A stretch of 64,000 bases of DNA from Azolla caroliniana (lineage: Eukaryota; Plantae; Polypodiophyta), in contig JBHGNT010000013.1 in NCBI GenBank assembly GCA_043228905.1, positions 6,448,001 to 6,512,000 on the forward strand, in the 5' to 3' direction. Shown piece by piece: positions 1 through 11,546 of the stretch; positions within the stretch are counted from its first letter, which is position 1; every line of letters starts with the position of its first letter. Position numbers and translations under genes: made by a program. The notes beneath the pieces were generated by a model, which had not been told where the DNA came from, made no database searches, and worked only from the letters and a program-made list of their open reading frames with translations.

Positions 1-1104
1 TACCCAATCCCCTACCACATTCCCCGTAGACACCCATTCAGACCCCTGTCACCATTGGTATCCGAATCTTCTCCATCGATTCCTCCTTACCCTTCTGACC
101 TCGCTTCCCCGTGGATTGTCCCTCGTTGCTGTGGTTTATGTTTTATTAATTGTATCAGTTTTTATTTTTTATTTTTTTATTATTTTTAAAATTTTAAATT
201 TATTCTTATTTATTTATTTATTTATTTATTTTATTTATTTATTTATTTTATTGATTTAATTTATTTGTAATGACTATTATTGTCAGTTTGATTTGTATTT
301 ATTTAATTAATTAATTATTTATTCTTTTCTGTCTTTTTTATTTTTATGATTTTTATTATTTTATTATTTTTTCTATACCGATTATTATTATCTTTATTTT
401 ATTTTATTTTATTTTATTTTATTTATTTATTATTTATTATTTTGTTTTGTTTTGTTTTTTGAGTGGTTTTTTCTTTTTCTTTTTCCTTTTTGCTTTTTTC
501 TTTATTCGTTTTCCTTCTTCTTCTTCTTTTTCTCTCCTTCTTCTTTGCTCTACCTCCCCTCCCTCCTTTTTTAGCTCTCCTCTTTCTGCTTGTCCCCTTC
601 CTTCTCACTACACACACGCTCTGCAGCAGTCTTCCCCTCCTCCACCCCCAATCTCTATTCGTGGATTTCTCCCACCCTCAACGTCCCCACCCCTACTCCA
701 TCAGTTGCCTGCCCCGGTCACCACCTCGTCTCCTCCACACCTTGCTTTCCCACGCCTCAGGTAGGCCCTTCCCCCCCCCTCTCTCGTTTTGCCACACCAC
801 ACTACACTCCCCTCGTGTGTTGTACCTGCCCTTCGTCCCTCTCCGGGGGCCATGGCCGCCACCATGACGTTGTCCTCCTCCTCCTGTCACCGGCACACTA
901 CGGGCCTCCCAACCACGCCGTTTACACGCCCCCATGGCGTCCATAGCCGTTGCCCCGTCGCCGCCGCCCCTCCTCGTGGCGCTGCCCATTCACGCTGCCC
1001 CACCGTCCCGGCGTTTTTCGTTCCCCCCGAGGTGGCCGCGACAGCCGCCTCGTCGTTTCACCCTCCCCACGTCGTTGGCCGTTTACAGACCACTCTGCCT
1101 CGTG

Positions 1105-1497
1105 GTTCGAGGGGTCCAACCCCTCGAACTACCCGTTGTTCGAGGGGTCCAACCCCTCGAATCACACAATGTTCGAGGGGCCCAACCCCTTGAACTACCC
1201 GTTGTTCGAGGGGCCCAACCCCTCGAACTACCCGTTGTTCGAGGGGCCCAACCCCTCGAACTACTCGTTGTTCGAGGAGTCCAACCCACCACACCCAACA
1301 CAGTGTTCGAGGGGCCCAACCCCTCAAACCAAACCCAGCCCAACCCCTCGAACTACATAGTGTTCGAGGGGCCCAACCCCTCGAACTACCCGTTGTTCGA
1401 GGAGTCCACACCCAGCCCAACTCCTCGAACACACGTTGTTCGAGGAGCCCAAACTCCTCGAACCACACGTCGTTCGAGGAGTCCAACTCCTAGACCA
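1105..1497. repeat. Tandem array of about 11-12 copies of a 33-bp palindromic unit (gttcgagggg-cccaa-cccctcgaac plus 8-9 nt linker)
   Basis: Units start at about 1105, 1138, 1171, 1204, 1237, 1270, 1305, 1362, 1396, 1438 and 1472. Intact units form a 10-bp stem with a 5-6 nt loop; some units are partial. Confidence 0.95.
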
Positions 1498-1652
1498 CGT
1501 AACCCTTAGTTGTTATGTTACTACGAAGTTAGGACCCCAAGTAAAATAAAAATAAATAAAAAAAAGCAGGGGAATCTATTTAAACTACCCGTACTTGCTG
1601 ATTCGTGATCACATTTACCTATACTAATATTTTTCCTTGCAGGTTGCCAACG

Positions 1653-4600
1653 ATGACGCCTCCCCAATTCATCAAACTCCTCCACGCATACTACCCCGAC
1701 GGAGGGTGCGGTTCCTTAGTCATTCCAGTGGTGTTCAAGAATACCCGATGTACTTACCGGGTCCCCACAGCCGCCACGCAGCTCAAGTACCTCGAACCCG
1801 ACGTGTTCGCCACTCTCTCACGACTTGGCCTCAAGTTCTTCCTTAGGATCAGGCCGTGGGGCGTCCTACCCGAACTGGTCAACCGTTTCCTCATCGGGTA
1901 CAACCCCGATACGGGCCTCGTCGATATGCAGCCTTTCACAGACTCCCACCCCGTCGCATTCCAGTTCACCGCGGCCGACGTTTGTGCTATGCTACATTTA
2001 CCCCTCGAGGGCGCCCCCTTCCGCACCACGAGGACCCCGGGGTTTATCCCCGACATCATTCCTGTCGCCTACGCCGAATACTCTGGACGCGAAGGGTGGC
2101 GTTACACCGAAATCCCTCTCCATCTCCACGACCATTGTAGCACCATTGCCCAAATCGGTGACACCGCACCTACCGATGCCACCGCTTGTATCACCAGTGA
2201 GTACCTCAAGTGGGCACATGATCCACAACCGGTCTAGTGGGCTCACGAGGTTGTCCGCCGGGTCCGAGAATGGCACACACGACCCAAATCGACTGTCAAT
2301 TTCGCGTGGTTCCTCACCCGCTACTTGTGCGCAAAGTTCAGCATCGGACCCCCCACCCCTCCCTTCGTATGCTGCCATGAACGCTTCCGCAAGATCACTG
2401 TCCCAGGCCAACTTGAACGCCTTCGCCTCCCTGAACGCGACTTTTTACGACAGGTACACCAAGGTGAACAGGCACGGCCATCGGCGCACAAACAACCCCC
2501 CGATCACCCACGTGTCAGCCGAAGCTAACCTCGACACCCCGGAGGATATCACGAATCGTGTCAAGGAATTCCAGACACACGAGTTCACCCCCACCGAAAT
2601 CCAGGCCTTGTCCACCACTTTCCACTATGTGTCACATCAGAACACAACCACGACTCCACGTTCCCGCAGCTGCACCACTGAGTTAATCTTGCGCGACCAA
2701 CGGAAGCCACCAACCCCGCCTCCACCCACCTCGCCAACCCCTCCACCCCACAAATCCTCTCCCCCCGCTCCGGCCACAACTACCCCACCTTTCCCGTCCA
2801 CCACCACCGACGACACCCCGCACCCCCGACCCCATAAACTCGCCCGCCACGCCGCCCCCGACACCGAAACTCCCGACCGGCCCTCAACCGCAACCCCGGC
2901 AGTTCCCCTCCAACCCACCCTCGCCCCCGCCGAAATGGCAACCCCGCTACCGCCACCCCCACTCCCGACCTCCGTGCCCTACTCGACCTCCCTCACTGTA
3001 GTTACTACCCACCCTACCCCCTCCCTCGCCGTTCCCCCCAAACCCTTAACCGACATGGTGGCCGACCTCCTCAAGATGACTGTCGTCGTGAACCGTCGCC
3101 TACTTCAAGTTCAGGCACAGGCCCAACAGACCGCCACCGACCAACACGAGACCTCTACACGGAATGAGATCTTGGTCGCTGAGGTACAGAGCGCCCTCCA
3201 TACCAACACATGCCAAGCGGCCGCCCACGACCTCCTCAAGCAAGAACTCCTAACAAAGCAAACCCGACACCAACAACTCGCTGACGAATTCCAACAAGCT
3301 CGGACTACCTGGCACCACGACCAGGAACGCGCAGCGCAAACACATGCCGAACTTTCGGCCGAGTACGTCTGCCTCACCACCCAACACCAACTGACCGAGG
3401 CCCGCCTCGCAGCCGTGACGGCTGATCTCTCCGAACGGTCTGAGGCCCTGGCCGCCGCCATGGCCACCACTCACCAACTCACGAGTGAGATCACCACCCT
3501 CAAGGCTGAACGAGACGCCATGGTCCACCAAGTCGAAGTCGCCAATGAACGGAATCGATGTCTCCTCATCAAACACCACCGCCAATGCGCCGACCTCGAA
3601 AAGGACATCCTTCAACTCCGCACGTCCAAAGCTGCCCTTGAACACACCCTCACCCCCGGTGTGACGGACCCCTCCACCGTTCAGACCCCTCTCCTTCCCC
3701 CAACTGGCTCTCCGAATATAATCTAGGCACTCTCGGTGTACGTGACCTCAACCTCCCTGCTCTCCGAACTTTTCACTGCACCACGCACACCATGCACCCT
3801 CCTCATCCAAGCAACGTGCGTCCTTCGGTCGTTAGCCACCACGCGTCGCGTATTCTTTGACGACACCACACCCCCAGACCGGTAGACCTTCATCCGAGTA
3901 CTCCCCGAAGACAACCACACCCTCACCCTCTTCATGTTGTACCAAGAAGCCACCGAAGAACCTGCTCCCCCAGCCGGCGACCTCTTCCCCCAACACCTCC
4001 CCATTTTGTTCCTCGAAGGTATGGCCTACCTTCACACCACCCTCACCCCCGACTTAGACATCTCCGACCTGATCTATTTCACCTACCCTTCTAATGTAAC
4101 GATGCAAGTCACCGAAGACCAGCTGGCCCACCTCTTCACAACACTGGTGTGCTTACACCACATCGCCGACACCCTCACCTGCACCTTGTTGGAAAACATG
4201 ACGACCTCCGTACCCCCTTTCGGTTTCCTCCGGCTAATACGCGCTTGGCAAACCGCCTGGGACGTTGGGGTTCGTACTCACATATTCAGCATCGAATACG
4301 CCACGTTCAACTGGCCCACCGACCTCAAGGCTGACGACATACTGGAATTAGCCCTATACTTCGACGTTTCCCGCGAGTATCAACTCATGACGTTCGATGA
4401 AGCTCATGCTCGTGCCCTCCTACCCCCACACCCCCCTTCTCCCCCCCCAGAGATCGACCTGGAGGGGGACCACGACTCACCTGATGAACTTGACACCCAG
4501 CCACCGCCTCGCCCTCACCCTCCCTCCTCCCCGTCTCCAAGTCCCCCCCCACCCCCACCACCTCCCCCACCTACTAGCCCACCTCCCTTCCCCCCTCACC

Positions 4601-5711
4601 ACTCGCCCCCACACCCTCACCTCAATGAACACCACGTCCCCGACCACACACATCCCATGTTCGGTGATAACCCCTTTCGCACACATCCCTCGGCTCACCC
4701 CCTTCCCCCCCCACCACCCGACACTTTCCCCCTCCACACACGGGTCGTCACCCACACGGGTCGTCACCCACCCACCTCACCCGCCTCTACAACTATTACC
4801 CCGAAGTCGCCTCCGAACCCCAAGTCAACGTCTTCCTTTATCCCCATGTTTACCGCGATAAGATGTCTACTTGGGCACCGCAAACCCCACCCCCACTCGA
4901 GGGTGGCACCACCCCGTCGCCGACCCCCTCCTCGAACCTCCCGGCACCCAACGCCCATGGCGTCTCCCTTGGTTCACACACACATCCTTCTGCGAATGGC
5001 TCGCCCTCCACCCCCCCGAGCTACCCACCAACCCCACCTTTTCTCCCCTCCCTCGTCGTTGGCCATGGCCCGATTTTCGCGCCGCCCAGGCACGCCTACC
5101 CACCCTTCAATTCAACTGGCCGTTGTTCCCCCGACCCCCGCGCACATTCCCGACCGAACCTGACATGATCCGGGCCATGCGACGATTCCTACGTACATAC
5201 CTCGACGTCCCGGACCCCGACATTCAAGCCAGCCTTCAGTTCCTACAACTTCTACTCATTCTCCTTGACTCTGGCCCGTACGAAGCCCCCCCCCTTCCAA
5301 CGGCACAACCACCCAGCGTGGGGCCTCGCCTTCAATTTGAACAAAGGTCCCACTCGCCGCCAACTGGTCGGCCTTTGGACCCGCGTCAACATACTCCCCG
5401 CAACCTACAAAAGGGATTTTGAAACCATGATCGACACGCATTTTTTCCCCGCTTACATAAGCTTTAGTCGAAACCCCCCTTCTCCCTTCCCCGGCCACAA
5501 CACCTGCACTTGGCTCACCGGCCCCAAGAAAGATTTCTTCACAACAACCAACCAATTGCAGGAAATCCGACTACCACCACTGAACATCCGTCGTCTTTGC
5601 CATCATCTCCGCCGCCACCCGCCCCCCGACGAACCCCCCTACTCAATTCTATTCGCCCCCGACGCCCGAAGCTCCCCTCCCACAGTGCACTCGGGAGTGT
5701 GCACTCATTAG
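1653..5711 (+). pseudogene. Disrupted giant accessory ORF of the Athila-like element (PMD/plant-transposon-protein-like N-terminus, Pro-rich linker, coiled coil, unknown C-terminal domains)
   Basis: ATG at 1653 follows the acceptor-like ttttccttgcAG (1641-42). ORF pieces 1605-2237, 2325-2528, 1825-3726, 3934-5163, 4871-5422 and 5265-5711 join through TAG stops (2235, 3724, 3883) and frameshifts in C-rich runs. The homolog at 59300-60150 has CAG in place of the 2235 stop and reads through the ~2500 frameshift. Confidence 0.7.
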
Positions 5712-5722
5712 GTTGGGGGGGA

Positions 5723-6290
5723 TGTTAAGCGTTGGGATAACAACACAACCAGTCACGAATAAGAACGCATCAACAAGGACGTAGTACGAAGAGGAAACGG
5801 CAAGAGGAAAGGAAAGCAAAGAGATGGCCAAATGTGAAAGGCACATACCCTAAACGTGAAAGCTATATAAACCACTTAGTAGTGGCTTTGTGGGGGTTCT
5901 CCCATTTGTAAAGATCTCCTATTGATTAGAGCTAGAGCTTCCTCTCCTCTTTCTTGTAATCTTTGAGCTTAAGAGAGATTAGTGAAGTGTTGAGTTAGAG
6001 AACACTAATCTCTCTCCTTGTTGGTGCTAGACCTCTTAGCAAAGAGGGTTAATAATAGACATACTCTTGCTTCTTATTGTCTATATCTATTGATCTATTG
6101 TCTATGAGAGAGAGCTTGAGAGAGTGAGAGAGATATCATGCTTAATCATTCACTAATCGTTGAGTGAGTGTGAGGCTCGGAGGTATCTGACAACCATCTC
6201 CGCCCGATTCGCCATCAAGAGGGTATAGGCCGGTCCGAATCCCGCCACGACATCGAGGAGCTTACTCCATCGATACATAGATCCTTAACA
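5723..6290 (+). repeat. 3' LTR of Athila-like copy 1 (568 bp)
   Basis: Inverted ends TGTTAAG...CTTAACA, TATA ctatataa at 5863-5870, PPT immediately upstream. Confidence 0.9.
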
Positions 6291-8132
6291 CTATCTTGAG
6301 TAATCATGGCGGCTCCCCGAGGCTCAACCATGGTTCAAACATCAATGTAATTTCCTAGTTAGCCTTATATTAATGCCAACTCAGCATATATTGATATGGT
6401 TGAGAAAGTGTATTACGTGCAAAAACAAGTGCACTCGCAAGTAATATTCTAGTCTTGCGAGTAGCAAGCAAATGTTATGAAAAAAAGAGAAAAATAAGTC
6501 ACTACCTATAAGAGTCAAGAAGTGACGAAAACAAGGTTCAAAAACCATGCGTTGACCACTAAACAAAAATACCACAAATAAATGGATGGTGTGGGGTATG
6601 CACATATCCATCCCTATATGGTGGTTGTAATGTGCACAATTGTGACATAAGCCACAAATTGATACAAGTGGTGGTGTTGTTGTGCGCAAAGATGTAGTAC
6701 TCAAATTTATGAGTAAAACATCAATAGGGGAAGTCATGTGGTTTTACTCAAGTTCTAAGGCTCGATAATATGAGTTAAACCTAGATGACCCGTTGGAAAA
6801 AATCGTTCAAAAAATGGCATGATGCCCACTCAATACGAAAAAATAGTCTACACGAAAGCGTTACATCATAGGTAAACGCACGTAAATACTTTAAACATGA
6901 AAAGGAAGGGAAAAAAGAGAGTTAATTGTGGGTGGGTAAATGACAATTACTTGAAAATCATACAAAAGTGAAATGACAATTTGTGTAATTAAAAAATTAT
7001 TAGAATAATAATCAAATAGGTGTACGGAACATTAAGCATGTCTTAATGTAAGAAACCGTAAGGTAATCGACATGCACCTCCTCAAGACCACCACATCCCA
7101 TAGAATCGGCCAAGTGATGGCTCAATAGAGAGTAGAGTGGCATAGGTAGGCGGCGTACACCTCGTTAAGACCATAGCATCCCATAGAATTGACCAAGTGA
7201 TGGCTCAATAAAGGGAAGGGTGCCATACTCAACATCATATGCAACAAGGCCATGAGGTGAGTGTGTGCGATTAGGGAAAACACGCTTGACCCGATGCACA
7301 AGAATAATTATTACCATAAGAGATGGCTCAAGAGAAGGGAGAGTGGGAGATACATCGCAATATGCAAAAGGGCCATGAGTTGAGTGTGTGCGATTAGTGC
7401 AAACACGCTCGACCCGATGCGTAAGTAGATTAACATCGTATCATGGTAGAAAGAAGAAAGAAAAGAAAAGAAAACATAATACCACTTTCATATAACCAAG
7501 AAGAAAGCATTGTAGAAAAGAAAAGAGAGATCGAGAAAGAAGAATATTGGGTTAAGAATGTTGTTTTGATCCTGTGAAGAGCATGACAAGCCTTGTTAGA
7601 TCCCCATCGCTCACACGCAAAAAACATCAAAACAACAAAAAAAAATTGTTAGTAAATGCTCTGATACCACTGTTAAGAGTCTATTACTAATCAATAGACC
7701 AAAATAAAGTAAAAGGAAGGAAAATAGATTGGATAGAAGAACCCGTTCCACCCAACCACCCCCGAGCTATGATCTAGACATAGCAAACCTACCACCGACG
7801 TCCCATACCGCCGGATATTAGGATGACTAGCCTACACGATCGTTGATACAAAAGCCTAGCCTGCACCACCGGTGTCTAAGACAGCAGCCTTCTGATGTAA
7901 TGTGCTTATGAGGGTTGCTAAGCCTCATATTTATACCTTTTCCTTGGCCCCTTGAATAGATGTGCCTTTCTAAAAGGATCTTCATTCATTGGTTGTCCAA
8001 ATCATGATAGTGCATGCACCGAACATTCCTTCTATCCAATCACATTAATCCCCTTTTTAACATTAGTGAACATACCCTTCACTTATGTAAATATTAGTGA
8101 TCTACCCTCACCTACGTTATGTGTACATAACA
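6291..8132 (-). mobile_element. 5' end of an LTR element (element X): LTR 7671-8132, tRNA-iMet PBS, non-coding internal leader, interrupted by Athila-like copy 1
   Basis: Reverse PBS gctctgatacca at 7658-7669 sits next to tgttaag (7671), and the LTR ends cataaca (8132). Copia-A internal sequence begins right after 8132. Confidence 0.7.
7074..7430. repeat. Interleaved direct repeats in the element X leader
   Basis: cacctc...catcccatagaat...ccaagtgatggctcaata occurs twice (about 7075, 7158). atatgcaa...ggccatgag.tgagtgtgtgcgattag..aaacacgct.gacccgatgc occurs twice (about 7237, 7360). Confidence 0.8.
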
Positions 8133-11030
8133 CTCTTGGTCGCTTGGAGGCTCTTGTGGTCCACTCAACCTGGTTGAGATTGGACTTTCCTCTTATGTGG
8201 GCCTCGGTTGATCAGTCTCCTCTACATCTGTGTCAAACTCGGTTTCGATTGTGCCGGATTGGGCTGATTCGACTGTATACCACCAGGATGTTGACTCGTC
8301 CAATACTACATCCCTACTCACTTGTACCTTCTTGGTGGAAGGGTTGAAGCACTTATACCCTTTTCTACTCGAGTGAGTACCCTATGAGTATACATTTCTC
8401 CAAGTTGGGATCGAGCTTCTACCGTTTCTCATCGGGAATATGTACATATGCAATTGAACCGAATATTGTAACGTGGGATAGATCTAGTTTCTTCCCATAA
8501 AACTTTTCGCAGGGATATGTACATATGCAATTGAACCGAATATCCTAACGTGTGATTCATCTGATAAACGGTCGTATTCGCTGCTTCAGCCCAATATGAC
8601 TTTGGTAGATGTTTCTAGTTCATTATTGCCCTTGCCACCTTGAGTATGTGTTGATTCTTGCGTTCGGCGACTCCATTCTGTTGAGGTGTGTGTCGGTAGG
8701 TAAATTCCCGCCGGAATCCTTCTTGTCGAAGGTATATTGTAAAGTCGTCAGAGAAGTACTCTTTCCCGTCGTCTGATCGAAGGCATCTGACATGCCGACC
8801 GGTTGCCTTTTCGACTTCGTTTTTGAACCTTTGGAGGTGTCCTAACACTTCACTCTTCTATCGCATAGGGTAGATCTAGGTATGTCTGGAGAAGTCGTCA
8901 ATGAATGTTACGTAGTATCGACAACCACCGAATGTTGTCATCTGGGCTAGTCCCCATACATCTGATTGTATTACATCCAAGATCCCTTTGCTTACATTCC
9001 TCTCCTTTGGGAACGGTTGATGGTGTTGTTTGCCGAATTGACAAGCTTCACACACGCCTGCTCTCTCCTTTTTGGTAAAAGTCGGAAGCCCAAAGACGGC
9101 TCCTTTTCGACTGCATTCCGTTGAGCTTTTGGAGGTTAATGTGACCAATTCTCTTGTGCCATAGCTCTATGTCGGCGTCAGCTCTCTAGCCCTTGGCATA
9201 CATTGCCGAGTTCATCTCGTGAGAGTCGAGGATGAACATCCAACCTTCTCTCCGATCACGATCAATGAGTCAGCCTTCTTTTTCGATGAAGCATCCTCCA
9301 TAGTTGAAGTAGACTTCCATGCCTTATTTGACTATCTAACCAACTGAGACCAAGTTCTTTGTTATTGTAAGAACATGCAGAAAGTTATTGATGTAAGTTT
9401 GATTGCATTCTTCCCCAAATGGGACATTGTTGATATGCTGAATGGGGTGAATTGTGTCATCCCCAGTTTCCACATAACCGGGTCGTTCAGATTTTCATAG
9501 CTCCTTGAACCAATCCTCGTGGGATGTCATGTGGTTGGATGCACCTGAATCGACAAACCATACATCTTCTGGTTTGGAGGTGTTGGTTGGGTTGGAGGCT
9601 ATCATCGAGTTCACTCTGTGCCTCATCACAAACATTATGCCACGGTTGTCATAGTCGGAGTTGGAGGTGTAGTTTGTGAGTTGTTGGCTTGTGGAGGCCG
9701 ACTCACTCTTCTTTTTCCGACACTCTACCTCATAGTGGCCGAATTTACCACAATATCCACACTGAGTGGGATTGTTTTGTCGACGGGGTCTAGCCTGATT
9801 GCTCCCCCTTCTTCCGGATGCTTCGCCTCGCACATTCGACATGTCTTGTCGGTAATAGAAATTATGTCCTTGGGGTTGCTCTTGGTTGTGTTGGCCTTGA
9901 CCGAATCAGCCTCTTCTTCCCCAACCTTTTCCTCTTCCTCCATCGAAGTTCGCATAGTGCATCTGTCCTTGCCCATTGATTTTTGTTCGAACATGATTCT
10001 CCTCGACTAGCAACATCGACTGGAGATCAAAGGAGGGAGGATTCTCCCTCGTGAGAACTGCCAACCAAATGGCTCCAAACCCAGGTGCTAAGCCTCCGAG
10101 GCAAATCTGCACCATTTCATCGTCGTCAATGCTAACATTGATCGACCCAAGGGCATGACACAACTCCTTGATCTTCAAGGTGTAGTTGCTGATTGACATG
10201 TCCCTTTGTTTTATACCATTCAACTCTTGACGGAGTTGAAGCTTTCTTACAGTCGTGTTAGCCACGAAAATCTTCTTGAATCTCCCCACGCCTCCTTCTC
10301 CATTTTGGCCTCTCGAATGTAGCCGAGCATGTGATCATGGACGCATGATGCAAGGCAGTACAACACACGACTCGCTGCTTGCTCCCAAGCTAGGTAGTCG
10401 GCATGTGTTGGGTTGGGTTGATTCTCTTTTGCCCCTTTGACATAACTCCAATAGCCTTGGCCGACAAGGTATAGGTGCATCTTGTACTCCCAAGATGAAA
10501 AATTGTTTCTATCGAGCTTTTTAGTAGGAAGAGCGCTTCCCATTTGTGTGTTCATGTGAAGCTTCTTCTTCTTCTTCTTTGATGCAAACTGTGCAAATTG
10601 TTGAGCTACAACGATCAGTCGGTTCTTGCCGAATGCGGAATCGGGCATAGCACACGCAGAGGCGATGGGCTTCAATCAGACAAGCAAGTGCTCTGATACC
10701 ATGTAAAGAATTTGATGGATTCTGTGCATCGGAAGAACTGTGTGCGTGTGTGTGTGTGTGTGTGAAAAATTGTATTACAAGGGGAGCAAGAATAATGAAC
10801 CACATTACAAAGAGAAGGAGAAGGTGCCTATGTAGTCACCTTCTCTCTAGATTCTCTCACTAGATTCGCCTCTTGGGAAGAGGTCGAGTCTTAACTACTT
10901 AAAGAATATGTGTCATAGAACATTAACTTCTATGACACACTAGTTACTATACAAGGAGGTGAGGTGTTCACACACTTGAGTATCCTAAAGTGTGTTCCCA
11001 CACCCAGGAAGTTGAGTTTGATTCTCAATA
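8133..11030 (-). mobile_element. Ty1/Copia family A, copy 1 (5' LTR, gag, protease, integrase; cut off before RT by element X)
   Basis: LTR 10702-11030 (tgtaaagaat...ttctcaata), reverse iMet PBS 10690-10701. ORF fragments: MNTQMGSALPTKKLD gag, CGYCGKFGHYEVEC knuckle, WFVDSGASNH protease, VTFIDDFSRHT and PQQNGVAER integrase. Contains stops and frameshifts. Confidence 0.92.
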
Positions 11031-11325
11031 ACATTCTGTGTCTCTGCTCTCTGTTTTCTGGTTTGTCCGTGTACTATAGACTTGTTCTTTGCACCCGAAT
11101 ACGTATATGCGTAACTGGTTGTGGCTGGTCACGATCCTAACAAACTGGTATCAGAGCTATGGAAGGACACTTCGTTGGAATGTCCAAGTTAACCGGCTCC
11201 AACTATTCAATGTGGAAGTCGAAGATGCGGGATATGCTCGTGTGCAAAGACCTATGACTATCACTGCAATATGGCAAACCAAGCCAAACAAGATTGATGC
11301 ATCGACTTGGGAAGTCATGCAACTT
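11031..11325 (+). mobile_element. Remnant of another Copia (element D): 3' end of 5' LTR, PBS and first codons of gag
   Basis: LTR end atcctaaca at 11142, PBS tggtatcagagct 11146-11158, ATG 11159 reading MEGHFVGMSKLTGSNYSMWKSKMRDMLVCKDL, a typical Copia gag N-terminus. Confidence 0.85.
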
Positions 11326-11546
11326 GCCAAATGATATAGAGGAGGGGGTTCAACCACATGAGACCCTCAATGACATGCTCCACTCTCATCATGCATCTTG
11401 CATTCTTTGTGGGACAATTCCTACACCTTTTGCAATACCCATGATGTGCCCCGAATTTGGCAGAGTAGTCATGCAAGGCTAATACACCTTCGAGTGGATT
11501 GCCTCAAATATGACCATAGTTCACGTTGTTTGTTTAAATATGTATT

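Larger units (their letters stand above)
1..6290 (+). mobile_element. 3' part of Athila-like (non-chromovirus Gypsy) LTR element, copy 1: internal accessory-ORF region, PPT and 3' LTR
   Basis: PPT aggttgggggggga at 5710-5722 is directly followed by an LTR (5723-6290). The LTR and the internal region at about 2070-2900 align by eye with the element at 48153-60280, which has an Asp-type PBS. Confidence 0.85.

Noticed and set aside
1105-1497. CRISPR-like array of palindromic repeats
   Set aside because: Linkers are only 8-9 nt and mostly repeated, no cas genes are present, and the context is a eukaryotic retroelement.
423-1509. Many overlapping ORFs in the track
   Set aside because: They arise from low-complexity CT-rich sequence and the 33-bp repeat, with no protein-like signal.
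1825-2500. N-terminal part of the 633-aa ORF as real coding sequence
   Set aside because: Comparison with the sister copy indicates the coding frame here is that of ORFs 1605-2237 and 2325-2528. The Ser-rich translation is an off-frame extension.
7085-7195. 18S-like words (accacatcccatagaatc) in the element X repeats
   Set aside because: The match is short and does not extend on either side.
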